Of a stretch of DNA of 64,000 nucleotides, positions 47,853 to 58,952 are shown piece by piece (position 1 is the stretch's first letter; the number at the start of each line of letters is the position of its first letter). The position numbers were made by a program, and so were the translations under genes. The notes beneath the pieces are model-generated. The model did no database searches and had not been told where the DNA came from. It saw only the letters and a program-made list of their open reading frames with translations. The stretch comes from Microgenomates group bacterium Gr01-1014_7 (lineage in GTDB: Bacteria; Patescibacteriota; Microgenomatia; Daviesbacterales; UBA10151): the NCBI GenBank assembly GCA_007376405.1, contig VMGD01000006.1, positions 19,337 through 83,336 of the forward strand, written 5' to 3'.

Positions 47853-48548
47853 TTAGCCTTTAATTATTTTGCAGTTGGGGCAGCGAAGGGTTGCAGGTTC
47901 ATAAATTTTGGCTGTCTGATCTGATAATTTAAATATTAACTCTGATCCTTCGTCTATATTAAAGATATCCCGGCTGTTATCAAAAGATAAGGTGGCTTTG
48001 CCCCTTTTTAAATTAAACGTAACAGTGTCTTTATCACCCAAGAAAACAGGCGGAACTTTTTCGGTAGTATTATTAAATGCTATCCCAAAACCGGCTTCAA
48101 ACTTCTTACCTGTTATGGATTTAAAATAACCGGTTGATCCAAAAATTGAAGCCACTACAATACCGTCACCAATGAAATATTTATCGTTTGCTAAAAATCT
48201 GATGGTATGGGTGGGATCGGAATTTCTGACTACAAAATCATTTAGAGCGTAAAAGTTTTTATATAAAACTATTGTTTCTAGCTTTTTATACTCTTTAAGT
48301 TGAAGGCGGCCGTCTAAAAGTTTTTTAAGCACTGTTTCATCCTCATGACTGGCGCATTTATTGCAAATCTGACTATTGCGTAAGGGTAGTTTCGGTATAC
48401 CTGGATACTGCCGTTCGGCAGATAAAAGTGTTCCGTCTCCGCCGAAACTTATTATGACCTCCGGATTTGAAGTTACTATCTCAAAGCCAAGCTCTTTTAC
48501 TAAAGGATCAATATTTTTAGATGCTTTTCCAAAAGTAAGAACTTTCAT
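47853..48548 (-). CDS. NAD kinase family protein
   Basis: GGDGT, ALND, GDG...AS..GSTGY. Confidence 0.85.
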   Translation of the reverse strand: MKVLTFGKASKNIDPLVKELGFEIVTSNPEVIISFGGDGTLLSAERQYPGIPKLPLRNSQICNKCASHEDETVLKKLLDGRLQLKEYKKLETIVLYKNFYALNDFVVRNSDPTHTIRFLANDKYFIGDGIVVASIFGSTGYFKSITGKKFEAGFGIAFNNTTEKVPPVFLGDKDTVTFNLKRGKATLSFDNSRDIFNIDEGSELIFKLSDQTAKIYEPATLRCPNCKIIKG

Positions 48549-48600
48549 TAAGCAAATTCTACTACAAAGAGGCAATTTAGGTTATACTTGTTATTTAATT

Positions 48601-49833
48601 ATGCCACCGAAAATTTCTCCCCTTTTGGCTTTAAAAGTAAGCCATTTTAGAAATTATTTATTTGGAGCATTTGTTTCTGATATAGGCAGCCAGATGCAAA
48701 TAGTAGCTGTTTCATGGCAAGTCTATGAGATGACCGGAAATCCGGCTTCGCTGGGTCTTATTGGTGTTGCCAATTTTGTACCAATCTTGCTTTTCTCTCT
48801 TGTTGGCGGGCTTGTTGCAGATAAAGTAGATAGAAAAAAACTTTTAATAATTACCTACAGTCTTCAAACAATTATTGCTTTTACTCTCTTTTTGCTTAGC
48901 TTTACTCATTTAATAAATCCCGCTTTAATATATTTAATTTTGGTTTTAGTATCAACCGTTCAATCCTTCTCTCTGCCCGGCAGACAAGCGGTTTTGCCAA
49001 ATCTTGTGCCAAAGAAATATTTTATGAATGCGGTTTCGCTGCAGACTCTGCAATTTCAAGGCGCAACCATGATCGGACCGGCCATTGCAGGAATATTAAT
49101 TGGCGGATTTGGAGTTCCATCGGTCTATCTTTTAAATGCTTTATCCTTCCTGTTTTTTATAGGTGTAGTATTTTCTTTAAAAATAGCTTTACAAAGCCAC
49201 GATAGAGAGGTTGAGTTTAGTTTAAGTTCTATTTCCGAAGGAGTGAAGTTTGTGGCAGGAGTGCCGATTCTTTATACCACCATGATTTTGGATTTTCTGG
49301 CTACTTTTTTTGGCACGGCCACTATTTTAATGCCTGTTTTTGCCAAGGACGTATTGCACGTCGGACCGCAGGGGCTGGGACTACTCTATTCGGCACCTGC
49401 TATAGGAGGAGTGCTGGCAGGGTTTGTACTGTCATCCTGGCATCAAGTTAAAAACCAGGGGAAAGTAATTATTACTTCTATAATTTTATATGGACTGGCA
49501 ACTATTGGGTTTGGGTTGTCAAATGCTTTCCCGGTTTCAATATTCTTTTTAATTTTGGTTGGGTTTGGGGATATGCTGTCAACAATTATCAGAAATACCA
49601 TCAGACAAATGGTTACCCCGGATCATTTAAGAGGCAGGATGTCATCAGTAATGAGGATTTTCTTCCAGGGGGGACCCCAGCTGGGGGAAATTGAAGCGGG
49701 ATTTTTAGCCAAAGCCATTGGCGGCCCGGCCACAGTGGTAATTGGGGGAATGGGGGTTATTTTAATTACTTCGCTAGTAGCCTGGAAATCAAAGGAACTG
49801 CGTACTTACCACGGCAAAGAGCTGGCAGTTTAA
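48601..49833 (+). CDS. MFS transporter (EntS/DHA3-like)
   Basis: GGLVADKVDRKK, about 12 TMs, P..LRGR. Confidence 0.9.
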   Translation: MPPKISPLLALKVSHFRNYLFGAFVSDIGSQMQIVAVSWQVYEMTGNPASLGLIGVANFVPILLFSLVGGLVADKVDRKKLLIITYSLQTIIAFTLFLLSFTHLINPALIYLILVLVSTVQSFSLPGRQAVLPNLVPKKYFMNAVSLQTLQFQGATMIGPAIAGILIGGFGVPSVYLLNALSFLFFIGVVFSLKIALQSHDREVEFSLSSISEGVKFVAGVPILYTTMILDFLATFFGTATILMPVFAKDVLHVGPQGLGLLYSAPAIGGVLAGFVLSSWHQVKNQGKVIITSIILYGLATIGFGLSNAFPVSIFFLILVGFGDMLSTIIRNTIRQMVTPDHLRGRMSSVMRIFFQGGPQLGEIEAGFLAKAIGGPATVVIGGMGVILITSLVAWKSKELRTYHGKELAV

Positions 49834-49840
49834 ATGGGAC

Positions 49841-49877
49841 TTGACAAGGGTTAGCACTCGGTGTATTATACTGCTAA
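49841..49877 (+). promoter_or_regulatory. Sigma70 promoter overlapped by a CIRCE operator
   Basis: TTGACA-17 nt-TATTAT; TTAGCACTC-N9-TACTGCTAA at 49851-49877, 2 mismatches to the CIRCE consensus. Confidence 0.88.
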
Positions 49878-50605
49878 TGGAATTGACTGACAGACAAAAA
49901 GCGCTTTTAAAAGCAATTATTGAGGAATATATTGACACTGCAGAGCCGGTGAGCTCGGAGGTGATTGAGCGTAAGTATGATCTGGGGGTTTCCCCTGCTA
50001 CTATCCGGATTGAGATGGTTCGTTTAACCGAGAGCGGCTACCTTCGCCAGCCTCATACTTCTGCCGGACGGGTGCCAACTTCAATGGGCTTTAAGCTGTA
50101 TGTTTCGGAGCTGATGAAGGAGCGGCAACTGCCTGTGACAGCTGAGGTTTCAATAAAAGAGCAGCTGATGCAAAAACGCCACAAACAGGAAACTTTGCTT
50201 AAAGAAGCGGTTAAGGCCCTGGCCAAGCAGTGTGATATGCTGGGTCTGGTAGTGGATGATGAGGGGCAAATATACTGGGCCGGTGCAGCCAATATTTTGG
50301 ACTGGCCGGAATTTTATGATATTGATGTAACTCGGTTTGTTTTAGGGTTATTTGATGAATTTCCACGCTTAAAGGAAATTATCGGCAGGGCAGTTGGACC
50401 TGATCCGGTACATATTTTATTTGGTGAGGATATGGAGTTTGAATATTTGCGGCCAACCAGTTTTGTTTTTACAAAGTATAATCCGCAGCCGGATAAGCCC
50501 GGTGTTATTGGTGTAATCGGACCGGCCAGAATGAATTTTGCTTATGTGCTGCCATATGTTAAATACATTAGAGACATGGTAACTGAGGCAATGGTTAGAC
50601 AATAG
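49877..50605 (+). CDS. hrcA: Heat-inducible repressor HrcA
   Basis: SPATIR.EM, QPHTSAGRVPT, GVIGP.RM. Confidence 0.95.
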   Translation: MELTDRQKALLKAIIEEYIDTAEPVSSEVIERKYDLGVSPATIRIEMVRLTESGYLRQPHTSAGRVPTSMGFKLYVSELMKERQLPVTAEVSIKEQLMQKRHKQETLLKEAVKALAKQCDMLGLVVDDEGQIYWAGAANILDWPEFYDIDVTRFVLGLFDEFPRLKEIIGRAVGPDPVHILFGEDMEFEYLRPTSFVFTKYNPQPDKPGVIGVIGPARMNFAYVLPYVKYIRDMVTEAMVRQ

Positions 50606-50630
50606 TATCAAGTAGTAGGTATTAAGTATT

Positions 50631-51167
50631 ATGGGAAAAAAGCAAGAAAACAAAGTAGAAGAATTAGAAAAAAAGGTATCTGATCTGGAGAAGAAGGTTA
50701 TCGATTACGATAATCAGCTCAAAAGAGCAGTGGCTGATTATCAGAATCTTGAAAAAAGGATTAGTGAAGGTCGTTCAGAGCTGACAAACTTTGTCGGTGG
50801 GGAACTGATAAAAAGGATGCTGCCGGTACTGGATCATTTAGAGCAAGCCTTAACTGGAGTATCTGAGCAGGAAAGGCAATCTGGATGGGCAAAAGGGGTT
50901 GAGTTAGCTGTTAAAGAGTTTACTCAAGTCCTTCAATCGGAAGGATTGGAAGAGATTGTAGTTTCGGGTGAGTTCAATCCTGCTCTGCAGGAGGCTGTTG
51001 ACACCCGTGAAGGAGATGATAATATAATTTTAGAAGTTGTCAGAAAAGGGTATACTTTAAATGGAAGGGTACTGAGACCTACCCAGGTTGTGGTAGGCAG
51101 GAAACAACCTGAAAAAGAAACGCAAGAGCAAATGGAAAAAACAGTAGATACAGGAGATTACGCATAA
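50631..51167 (+). CDS. grpE: GrpE nucleotide exchange factor
   Basis: [21 protein letters not shown]. Confidence 0.95.
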   Translation: MGKKQENKVEELEKKVSDLEKKVIDYDNQLKRAVADYQNLEKRISEGRSELTNFVGGELIKRMLPVLDHLEQALTGVSEQERQSGWAKGVELAVKEFTQVLQSEGLEEIVVSGEFNPALQEAVDTREGDDNIILEVVRKGYTLNGRVLRPTQVVVGRKQPEKETQEQMEKTVDTGDYA

Positions 51168-51168
51168 T

Positions 51169-53097
51169 ATGGCTAAGATTGTGGGGATTGATTTAGGAAC
51201 AACAAATTCAGTAGTGGCAGTCATGGAAGGTGGGAAGCCCAAAGTGATCCACTCTTCGGAGGGGGAAAATATTATTCCCTCTGTGGTTAATCCTGGAAAA
51301 AATATTGTGGGAAGAGTGGCCAAGCGGCAATCGATTGTTAACCCCAAAGAAACTATTTTTTCCATAAAGAGGCTAATGGGCCGGAAATTTAAAGACTCTG
51401 AGGTGCAAAGAGATATTAAGTGGCTTCCTTATGAGATTAAAGAGGGTAAAAACGGCATGGCAGTTGTGGAAGTAGAGGGCCATGAATATACTCCCCAGGA
51501 AATTTCCGCCCAGATTTTGCAAAAAATTAAAGCTGATGCCGAGTCCTATTTAGGGGAAAAAGTAACAGATGCTGTAATTACAGTTCCTGCTTACTTTGAT
51601 GATGCCCAGCGCCAGGCTACTAAACAGGCAGGGGAAATTGCAGGGCTTAATGTTTCTCGGATTATAAATGAACCAACTGCAGCAGCGCTGGCTTATGGCC
51701 TTGATAAATCCCATGCCCATACTATTGCGGTTTATGACCTGGGTGGTGGTACTTTTGATATTTCCATTCTGGAGCTTGGAGACGGAGTAATTGAAGTAAA
51801 AAGCACTAATGGCGATACTCACTTAGGAGGAGATGATTTTGATCAGATAATTTTAGATTTCTTGGCAGAAGAATTTAAAAAAACAGAAGGAATTGATTTA
51901 AAAGGAGACAGGCAGGCCTTGCAGAGACTGCGAGATGCAGCCGAGAAAGCCAAGGTTGAACTCTCATCTACTCAGGAAGCTGCAATCTCCATTCCCTTTG
52001 TCACTGCGAATGCTAGTGGTCCAAAGCATTTGGAAATGAAGTTAAGTAGGGCCAAGCTGGAGGCAATGGTTAAGCCTTTAATTGATAAAACCTTTGATGC
52101 TGTAAAAGCAGCCTTAAAAGATGCCAAGCTGGAAGCTTCTAAAATTGATGAGATAGTTCTGGTTGGAGGGATGACCCGTATGCCTTCTGTTCAAAAGTCG
52201 GTGCAGGACTTTTTTGGGAAAGAGCCACATAAGGGAATCAACCCGGATGAAGTGGTGGCAGTTGGAGCAGCAATCCAGGGAGGGGTGTTGGGCGGGGAAG
52301 TTAAAGACGTATTGCTTTTGGATGTAACCCCCTTAACTTTGGGAATTGAAACTTTGGGGGGTATCCGAACACCCCTGATAAACCGGAATACAACCATTCC
52401 AAGTTCAAAATCGGAAATTTTCTCAACAGCAGCGGATAATCAAACCTCAGTTGAAATAAATGTTTTACAAGGTGAAAGAGAGATGGCAGCTGATAATAAG
52501 TCTTTGGGTAGATTTATTCTGGATGGGATTCCACCTGCACCAAGGGGTGTTCCACAAATTGAAGTTACTTTTGATATTGATGCCAATGGGATTTTAAATG
52601 TTACGGCCCATGATAAAGCTACAGGCAAAAAGCAAAATATTACTATTACAGGCTCAACAGGTTTAAGTAAAGAAGAAGTAGAGAAAATGACTAAAGAGGC
52701 AGAAGCTCATGCGGAGGAAGATAAAAAAAGAAGGGAAGAAGTGGAAATCAGAAATCAGGCAGATACTCTGGTTTTTACAGCAGAAAGAAGTTTAAAAGAC
52801 GGCGGAGACAAAGTCCCGGCTGATGTAAGGACAGATGTTGAGCAAAAATTAAATGATCTTAAAGGCGTTGTCCAAACTGCGTCTCCGGAGGATTTAAAAC
52901 CCAAAATGGAAGCATTGTCTGAAGCGTTGCAAAAAGTTGGGGCTTCTATGTATGAAAAACAGGGTACAGGTGACAGTGGACAGGGTACAGCAGAACAAAC
53001 CCCTGGTGAAGAGCCAAAAACAGAGGACTCGTCCTCCGAAGCCTCGGCGAAGGAGGAGGCTGTTGAAGGGGAAGTGGTGGAAGAAGAAAAGAAATAG
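51169..53097 (+). CDS. dnaK: Chaperone DnaK
   Basis: [25 protein letters not shown]. Confidence 0.99.
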   Translation: MAKIVGIDLGTTNSVVAVMEGGKPKVIHSSEGENIIPSVVNPGKNIVGRVAKRQSIVNPKETIFSIKRLMGRKFKDSEVQRDIKWLPYEIKEGKNGMAVVEVEGHEYTPQEISAQILQKIKADAESYLGEKVTDAVITVPAYFDDAQRQATKQAGEIAGLNVSRIINEPTAAALAYGLDKSHAHTIAVYDLGGGTFDISILELGDGVIEVKSTNGDTHLGGDDFDQIILDFLAEEFKKTEGIDLKGDRQALQRLRDAAEKAKVELSSTQEAAISIPFVTANASGPKHLEMKLSRAKLEAMVKPLIDKTFDAVKAALKDAKLEASKIDEIVLVGGMTRMPSVQKSVQDFFGKEPHKGINPDEVVAVGAAIQGGVLGGEVKDVLLLDVTPLTLGIETLGGIRTPLINRNTTIPSSKSEIFSTAADNQTSVEINVLQGEREMAADNKSLGRFILDGIPPAPRGVPQIEVTFDIDANGILNVTAHDKATGKKQNITITGSTGLSKEEVEKMTKEAEAHAEEDKKRREEVEIRNQADTLVFTAERSLKDGGDKVPADVRTDVEQKLNDLKGVVQTASPEDLKPKMEALSEALQKVGASMYEKQGTGDSGQGTAEQTPGEEPKTEDSSSEASAKEEAVEGEVVEEEKK

Positions 53098-53165
53098 AAG
53101 AAAAGAAATAGAAGAAAAGAAATAGAAGAAAAGAAATAGAAGAAAAGAAATAGAAGAAAAGAAAT
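53082..53165. repeat. Six perfect tandem copies of the 14-mer AGAAGAAAAGAAAT
   Basis: Counted directly; spans the dnaK stop and the spacer to dnaJ. Confidence 0.95.
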
Positions 53166-53176
53166 AAGAGTAATGA

Positions 53177-54061
53177 ATGGCAAAAAAGGATTACTACGAA
53201 ATATTGGGAGTTTCTAAATCTGCCAGTGAGGCGGAAATTAAATCTGCTTATAGAAAACTTGCCCGAGCGCATCATCCTGATATAGACAAATCCTCCGGAG
53301 CAGCTGAACGATTTAAAGAAGTTTCCGAGGCCTACCAGGTTTTATCTGATCTTCAAAAGAAACAAAGTTATGACCAATTTGGCCATGCTGCATTTGACCC
53401 TTCGGCACGCTCAGGGCAAGCAGGTGGATGGCAAACATATTCCTGGTCAACAGGAGGCGGAAATCCCAACATCCAGTTTGACTTTGGCGGATTTGAAGAC
53501 CCCTTCGAATTATTTGAGCAAATCTTTGGCGGAGCAGGTTTTGGAGAAGCTTTTAGAAGACGCCCAACTTACCAGCTTAATTTAAGTTTTGATGAAGCAA
53601 TAAAAGGAGCGACCAAAGAAGTTGAAATTGAATCAAGGAATTCCCAGGGAAGATTGGAGAGAAAGAGGATGAAAATTAAGGTCCCGCCAGGCGTGGACAA
53701 TGGCACTAAAATGAGGTTTGGGGATTTGGATATTGTTTTTCAGGTCAATAGAAGTCCTGAATTTTTAAGAGAAGGGGCAGATATTTTTTCGGAAATCAAA
53801 GTAACTATCCCCCAGCTGGTATTAGGGGATGTGTTTGAAGTTTTGACTGTGCAGGGAAAAGTTAAGGTAAAGGTGCCGCCAGGCACCCAACCCGGGTCTT
53901 TGGTTAAACTTAAAGGAAAAGGCGCTCCCAGAATAGGCGGAGGTCATGGTGATCACTATGTCAGGGTCAATCTGGAAATCCCTCAAAACCCTTCCAAACA
54001 GGAAAAGCAACTTTATGAAGAGTTATATAATCTCGGTTCCAAGAAAAAAAGCTGGTTTTAA
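53177..54061 (+). CDS. dnaJ: DnaJ family co-chaperone without zinc finger (class II)
   Basis: HPD J-domain, G/F region, no CxxCxGxG repeats. Confidence 0.9.
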   Translation: MAKKDYYEILGVSKSASEAEIKSAYRKLARAHHPDIDKSSGAAERFKEVSEAYQVLSDLQKKQSYDQFGHAAFDPSARSGQAGGWQTYSWSTGGGNPNIQFDFGGFEDPFELFEQIFGGAGFGEAFRRRPTYQLNLSFDEAIKGATKEVEIESRNSQGRLERKRMKIKVPPGVDNGTKMRFGDLDIVFQVNRSPEFLREGADIFSEIKVTIPQLVLGDVFEVLTVQGKVKVKVPPGTQPGSLVKLKGKGAPRIGGGHGDHYVRVNLEIPQNPSKQEKQLYEELYNLGSKKKSWF

Positions 54062-54846
54062 GCGCGTTTTGGCCAAAGCAAATTTATCCAGACTACTCCC
54101 AGGGTAATTATGGTTACCATGAAGGGGAAGCCGTAAATTAGTTCTATAACTAAACCTAAAGTTATGGCATAAAGTCCTGTCTTGTAAGAACTTCCGTAAG
54201 TTAAAGTCTGTTTAAAGAGCTTGCTTAAACCCCAGATTAGTATGGCAAGAAGTGCCAAGTAGATTAATCTGAAAATATAAGTTAAATAAATTCCCCCAAA
54301 AGCCAGCAGTAGAAGCACCGGACCGACAAATTTAAGCCAGGGAGTGATCATATTTGAATAAGATTTTAATGTTTCCTGGTTAAGCTTAAAATCTTTTATC
54401 TGGACCAGGTTGTATGAACTTGTTTCCAGATTATTCTTTTTGTAAAATATAGAATCTTTGGTTACCCAGGCCTCTACTTTGTATTCATTAAATTTTTGAG
54501 CGGAAAAAGAATTTTTGGTGTCAATAACTACCAGTTTTTGTTCACCGGCTGAGGGGTCGCAGTTGGAAATGAAATATGGTTCTTGCTGATTGCTGATGGT
54601 GTGGCCACCGGTTATTTTAATTTCCAAATCTTTTGGATAACAATTTACCACTTGCTGCACAATTTTTTGCAAACTCTTGGGAGCTTCAATCAACAAGGGG
54701 TTTATCAGGGTGATTAGGTGAATAGCGGTCAAGAGTAGGGTCAACAAAAGAAAATAGCCCAGGCTTTGTTTAAAAGATTTTTTAAAAATGCCGGAATAAA
54801 ATTGAGGTGAATAAATAGCCAGTCGGATTGTTTTAAAAAACTGCAT
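54058..54846 (-). CDS. DUF1189-like membrane protein
   Basis: SP.FY...Y..LL start, soluble loop, three C-terminal TMs. Confidence 0.6.
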   Translation of the reverse strand: MQFFKTIRLAIYSPQFYSGIFKKSFKQSLGYFLLLTLLLTAIHLITLINPLLIEAPKSLQKIVQQVVNCYPKDLEIKITGGHTISNQQEPYFISNCDPSAGEQKLVVIDTKNSFSAQKFNEYKVEAWVTKDSIFYKKNNLETSSYNLVQIKDFKLNQETLKSYSNMITPWLKFVGPVLLLLAFGGIYLTYIFRLIYLALLAILIWGLSKLFKQTLTYGSSYKTGLYAITLGLVIELIYGFPFMVTIITLGVVWINLLWPKRA

Positions 54847-54871
54847 TAACTTAAATTAGCATATATTCTGC

Positions 54872-54900
54872 TTGACTTCAATTCTGCAGAAGAGTAGAAT
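54872..54900 (+). promoter_or_regulatory. Sigma70 promoter for nusA-infB
   Basis: TTGACT-17 nt-TAGAAT. Confidence 0.75.
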
Positions 54901-54905
54901 AGGCT

Positions 54906-54929
54906 AAGGTGGGCTAGTCCCACCTTTTT
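54906..54929 (+). terminator. Terminator-like leader hairpin before nusA (rimP-leader-like attenuator)
   Basis: AAGGTGGG-ctagt-CCCACCTT followed by TTT. Confidence 0.7.
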
Positions 54930-54936
54930 AATTATT

Positions 54937-56040
54937 ATGGCACAAGCACGAACAGAATTTGCAGCTGCATTAAATCAAATAGCCTCTGAAAAGGGGGTAG
55001 AGGTGGAAGTGGTTTTGGATGCTATCCGCCAGGCTGCTTTGGCTGCTTATAAAAAAGATTTAACTTTGCGAAATGAGGAAGTTCCGGAAAACTTTGAGGA
55101 ATTTACCTCCAAGGTAGATCCTGTGATAGGTGAGATTTCTATTTTTGACGGTGATAAAAATGTCACCCCCCCGGGTTTTGCCCGAATTGCCGCCTCCATT
55201 GCCAAACAGGTAATCATGCAAAAGCTAAACGAGGCCGAGCGGGGGGCAATTTTGTCGGAATATGAAAGCAAAGTGGGGACTGTGGTATCCGGTGCCATTC
55301 AGCGGCAGGAAGGTAATACTTATTTTGTAGATTTGGGCCGGGCAGAGGGGATTTTGCCTCCGCCGGAACAGGTCCATACTGAAATTTACAGCCAGAACCA
55401 AAGATTAAAGTTTTTGATTAAAGAAATAAGAGAGGGTGGAAGAGGGTCTGAGGTGGTGGTTTCCAGGTCTGATCCGGCATTGGTTAAAGCTTTGTTTGCT
55501 TTGGAGGTACCGGAGATTCAATCAGGAGCAGTGGAAGTAAAAGTGATTGCCAGAGAGGCAGGTTCCAGAACCAAAATTGCCGCTATTTCAACTCAGGATG
55601 GGGTTGATCCTGTCGGCTCTATGGTTGGACAAAAAGGGGTGAGAGTGCAGGCCGTGATGAGTGAGCTGGGGGAGGAAAAAATAGATATTATTAGCTATTC
55701 TGATGACCCGGCCAGGTTTATTGCTGCAGCCCTGTCCCCTGCCAAGGATATTCAGGTCAAACTTAATGAAAAGGATAAGGTGACAACAGTGACTGTACCG
55801 CAAAACCAGCTATCTTTGGCTATAGGAAAAGGCGGGCAAAATGTCCGTCTGGCAGCCAAACTAACCGGCTGGAAGATTGATATTGAGGGGGCGGAAGAAG
55901 GTACAGCCGAGAAAAAAGAAGAACCATCCAGTGCTCCTGCTCAAGCAGCAACAGATGATACAGAAGAAGTTTCCGCCAAAGGCGGATTGGCCTCTGGCCA
56001 AAAAGAAGAGAAAAAAGAGGTAGAGCCTCAAGATAAGTAA
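54937..56040 (+). CDS. nusA: Transcription factor NusA
   Basis: AREAGSRTKIA, LSLAIGKGGQNVRLAAKLTGWKIDI. Confidence 0.97.
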   Translation: MAQARTEFAAALNQIASEKGVEVEVVLDAIRQAALAAYKKDLTLRNEEVPENFEEFTSKVDPVIGEISIFDGDKNVTPPGFARIAASIAKQVIMQKLNEAERGAILSEYESKVGTVVSGAIQRQEGNTYFVDLGRAEGILPPPEQVHTEIYSQNQRLKFLIKEIREGGRGSEVVVSRSDPALVKALFALEVPEIQSGAVEVKVIAREAGSRTKIAAISTQDGVDPVGSMVGQKGVRVQAVMSELGEEKIDIISYSDDPARFIAAALSPAKDIQVKLNEKDKVTTVTVPQNQLSLAIGKGGQNVRLAAKLTGWKIDIEGAEEGTAEKKEEPSSAPAQAATDDTEEVSAKGGLASGQKEEKKEVEPQDK

Positions 56041-56041
56041 T

Positions 56042-57565
56042 ATGAGCTCAAGACCGCCGATTGTTACAATTTTAGGCCATGTTGATCATGGTAAAACGAG
56101 CCTTTTGGATTTTATCCGCAAATCTTCCGTTGCTGCAAAAGAACATGGGGGAATAACTCAGCACATTGGAGCCTACCAGATTGAGATTCCGCAGGAATCG
56201 AAATCCCGAGAGAGCGAAGCGAATCGAGAGATCCCTCGACAAGCTCGGGATGATTTTGCGGTAAGCCGCAAAATCACTTTTATAGATACTCCCGGCCATG
56301 TTGCTTTTGAAAAAATGCGCTCCAGGGGGGCTAAAGTAGCCGATATTGCGGTTTTGGTAGTGGCCGCAGATGATGGGATAATGCCTCAAACGATTGAGGC
56401 TATAAAACATATTCAAGAGGCAAAGGTCCCGCTTATTGTGGCAGTTAACAAAATTGATCTGCCGGGAATAAATCTTAAAGTCCAATTGGAAAAGATTAAA
56501 AAACAGCTCTCCGACAGAGAAATTCTGGCAGAGGAATATGGTGGGGATGTGCCAATTGTGCCTTTATCTGCCAAAACAGGTGAGGGAGTTGATAAACTTT
56601 TGGAAACTATTTTACTGGTAGCAGAACTAAATGAGATAAAAGCTGATCCAAATACTGCTGTGGCTGGGGTGGTGATTGAAGCTAATTTGGATAAATTTAA
56701 AGGTCCTGTGGCCACCATCCTTGTACGGAGCGGCACACTTAAGAAAGGGGATGAAATATTGATTGGAGGGGTAAAAAGTAAAATTCGTGGCCTGTTTGAT
56801 TTTTCAGGGAAAAGCGTGACTTTAGTTGGGCCTTCAACCCCGGTTGAGGTTTTAGGTTTGGAGGTTGTGCCGGCGGTGGGGGCCGTATTGGGAGAAGAAC
56901 CAAAGGCTGAAGAAGATTTAAGACAACAACAGACACAATCGCTGGTGGATAAATTAAAACAGGGTCCGGCCAAAACTTTAAAAGTAATTATCAAGGCTGA
57001 TAAGCAGGGGTCGCTGGAAGCTATTCAGGCATCTTTGGAAAAATTCAACGAGGAAAGCCAGGTTATTAATTTTATAGCTTTGGGTACAGGAGACATTGGT
57101 GAGGAAAATATAAAAATGGCAGCCACGGTTGGAGCAATTGTGATTGGATTTAATGTCAAAGTAACTCCCACTACTCAAAAATTGGCAGAAAATGAGCATG
57201 TACTGATCAGAACCTACAATATTATTTATGAACTGTTGGAAGATGTGGAAGAAGTGGTTAATACTTTGCTTGAGGTGGGACAGCTGGAAGAAGTTTTGGG
57301 AAAAGCCAATATTATTGCCGAGTTTCCATATGGTAAAAGTGATCGAGTTGCAGGCTGTAGAATGATTGGAGGAATTATTGCCAAAGGGCAAAGAATTAGA
57401 GTAATCAGGGAAGGTACTCTGATAGGTGAGACAAAACTTAAAGCTTTAAGGAAAGTTAAAGAAGAAGTTAATAAGGTGGAAAAAGGCAACGACTGCGGTA
57501 TGCTCTTTGATCCGCCGGTGGATTTCCAAACAGGAGATGTAATAGAATCTTTCAGGGTTATTTGA
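56042..57565 (+). CDS. infB: Translation initiation factor IF-2, short form
   Basis: [31 protein letters not shown]. Confidence 0.96.
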   Translation: MSSRPPIVTILGHVDHGKTSLLDFIRKSSVAAKEHGGITQHIGAYQIEIPQESKSRESEANREIPRQARDDFAVSRKITFIDTPGHVAFEKMRSRGAKVADIAVLVVAADDGIMPQTIEAIKHIQEAKVPLIVAVNKIDLPGINLKVQLEKIKKQLSDREILAEEYGGDVPIVPLSAKTGEGVDKLLETILLVAELNEIKADPNTAVAGVVIEANLDKFKGPVATILVRSGTLKKGDEILIGGVKSKIRGLFDFSGKSVTLVGPSTPVEVLGLEVVPAVGAVLGEEPKAEEDLRQQQTQSLVDKLKQGPAKTLKVIIKADKQGSLEAIQASLEKFNEESQVINFIALGTGDIGEENIKMAATVGAIVIGFNVKVTPTTQKLAENEHVLIRTYNIIYELLEDVEEVVNTLLEVGQLEEVLGKANIIAEFPYGKSDRVAGCRMIGGIIAKGQRIRVIREGTLIGETKLKALRKVKEEVNKVEKGNDCGMLFDPPVDFQTGDVIESFRVI

Positions 57566-57606
57566 AACTTGACTATTATGGGTTATGGGTGTAACATTGC
57601 AGCATA

Positions 57607-58638
57607 GTGAAATACGATCAGCAAATTATAGAGCTTAAAAATCTTCTGCCTACTGCCAAAAACATTTTAATTGCCACATCAGCCGGTGCCGATATAGATA
57701 AACTGGCCGCAGGCCTGGCTTTATTTTTAACTTTTGAGACTGCAGGAAAGCAAGTTAGTATTGCCAGTGATGATAATATCCTGGTTGGCCATACTCATCT
57801 TTTTGGAGTGGATCATGTCCAAAAAACTCTGCCCCAAACAGAAGGTGGGAATTTAACCCTGGTTTTGGAAGGAGTGGCAGCATCAGATAATACGGTTCCT
57901 GCTTTGGAAAAACTGGACTGGTATGCTGAAAACAGTAATTTAAATCTGGTTTTTCATGTTGCTCCTGGCCAAACTTTTCAGCCGGCCAAAATTATTCCCA
58001 AATATCAAGGGTCCGGCTTTAATTTAATTTTTACCGTGGGTGCAGTTAATTTAAATGCTTTGGGCAACATTTATTCAGCCAATATCCAGGCTTTTTCCGG
58101 AACGCATATTGTTAATGTAGATACACAATCGGCCAATACCAGCTTTGGCCAAACCAATGTTTTGGATAGTCAAGCCTCCTCCGTATCCGAAGTGATGGTT
58201 AATTTGCTGTCCGATTTGGGTTTTGCCATGGATGCAGATACTGCCAGTAATTTATTGGCCGGAATCTTTGAAGCAACCAAAGATTTAACGGATACTAAAG
58301 TGACTGCAGATACCTACATGGCTGTGGCCAATTGTTTGCGGGTAGGCGGGAGAAAACCACAGGCTTTGGATACAACTGCACCAACTAACTCAGGTCTGGA
58401 TTTATCCGCTTTGATACCAAAAACTCAAGCACAAACAGTTTCTGATTTTACAGCACCATCCCAACCTCCGATGGATGCCGGGGATCATATTCAACCAATC
58501 CAGCAAGCTGCACAGTCATCTCCCCCGATTCAATCGGGGTCTCCTGAGGAGCGTCCGATGGGAGAAAGAGTTATTTCCGAAACCGTTGAACCCGAATGGT
58601 TGACCCCCAAAATCTTCAAAGGCTCATCAATAGGGTAA
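57607..58638 (+). CDS. DHH/NrnA-like protein, catalytic motifs degenerate
   Basis: Follows infB; N..FG..N...ASSVSE...A..LLAGI pattern, but no DHH (VDTQ instead). Confidence 0.6.
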   Translation: MKYDQQIIELKNLLPTAKNILIATSAGADIDKLAAGLALFLTFETAGKQVSIASDDNILVGHTHLFGVDHVQKTLPQTEGGNLTLVLEGVAASDNTVPALEKLDWYAENSNLNLVFHVAPGQTFQPAKIIPKYQGSGFNLIFTVGAVNLNALGNIYSANIQAFSGTHIVNVDTQSANTSFGQTNVLDSQASSVSEVMVNLLSDLGFAMDADTASNLLAGIFEATKDLTDTKVTADTYMAVANCLRVGGRKPQALDTTAPTNSGLDLSALIPKTQAQTVSDFTAPSQPPMDAGDHIQPIQQAAQSSPPIQSGSPEERPMGERVISETVEPEWLTPKIFKGSSIG

Positions 58639-58685
58639 AATTTATCTGTATTGACAGGTTTTGTAGTCTTTGGTACAATTTAGTC

Positions 58686-58952
58686 ATGATTAGTAATCAA
58701 GATTTACCAAGAGTTTATACGCCCGAACAGATAGCTGAAATTTTACAGTTAAGTAAAAATACGGTTTACGACCTGATTTCCAGAGGGGAGATTATTGCCA
58801 AAAAGATAGGTAAAGTTTACCGTATACCTGCAAGGTCAATATCTTTTGTATTTTCCGGCTTGGATGATGATTTGTTAAAAGCTGAAAAAGAAGATTTAAA
58901 AAACCTTCCCCGTATTCAGAGGGAAATCTCCAAAATTAGATCAAAACAGTGA
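58686..58952 (+). CDS. Excisionase-like HTH protein, putative antitoxin
   Basis: YTPEQIAEILQLSKNTVY.LI..GEI.A.KIG..YRI. Confidence 0.8.
   Translation: MISNQDLPRVYTPEQIAEILQLSKNTVYDLISRGEIIAKKIGKVYRIPARSISFVFSGLDDDLLKAEKEDLKNLPRIQREISKIRSKQ

Noticed and set aside
53082-53165. Tandem repeat as a CRISPR array
   Set aside because: There are no spacers, the unit is a low-complexity 14-mer, and no cas genes are present.
58686-58952. Excisionase-like gene as a prophage marker
   Set aside because: No integrase or phage genes are nearby; it overlaps a PIN gene and fits a TA antitoxin better.
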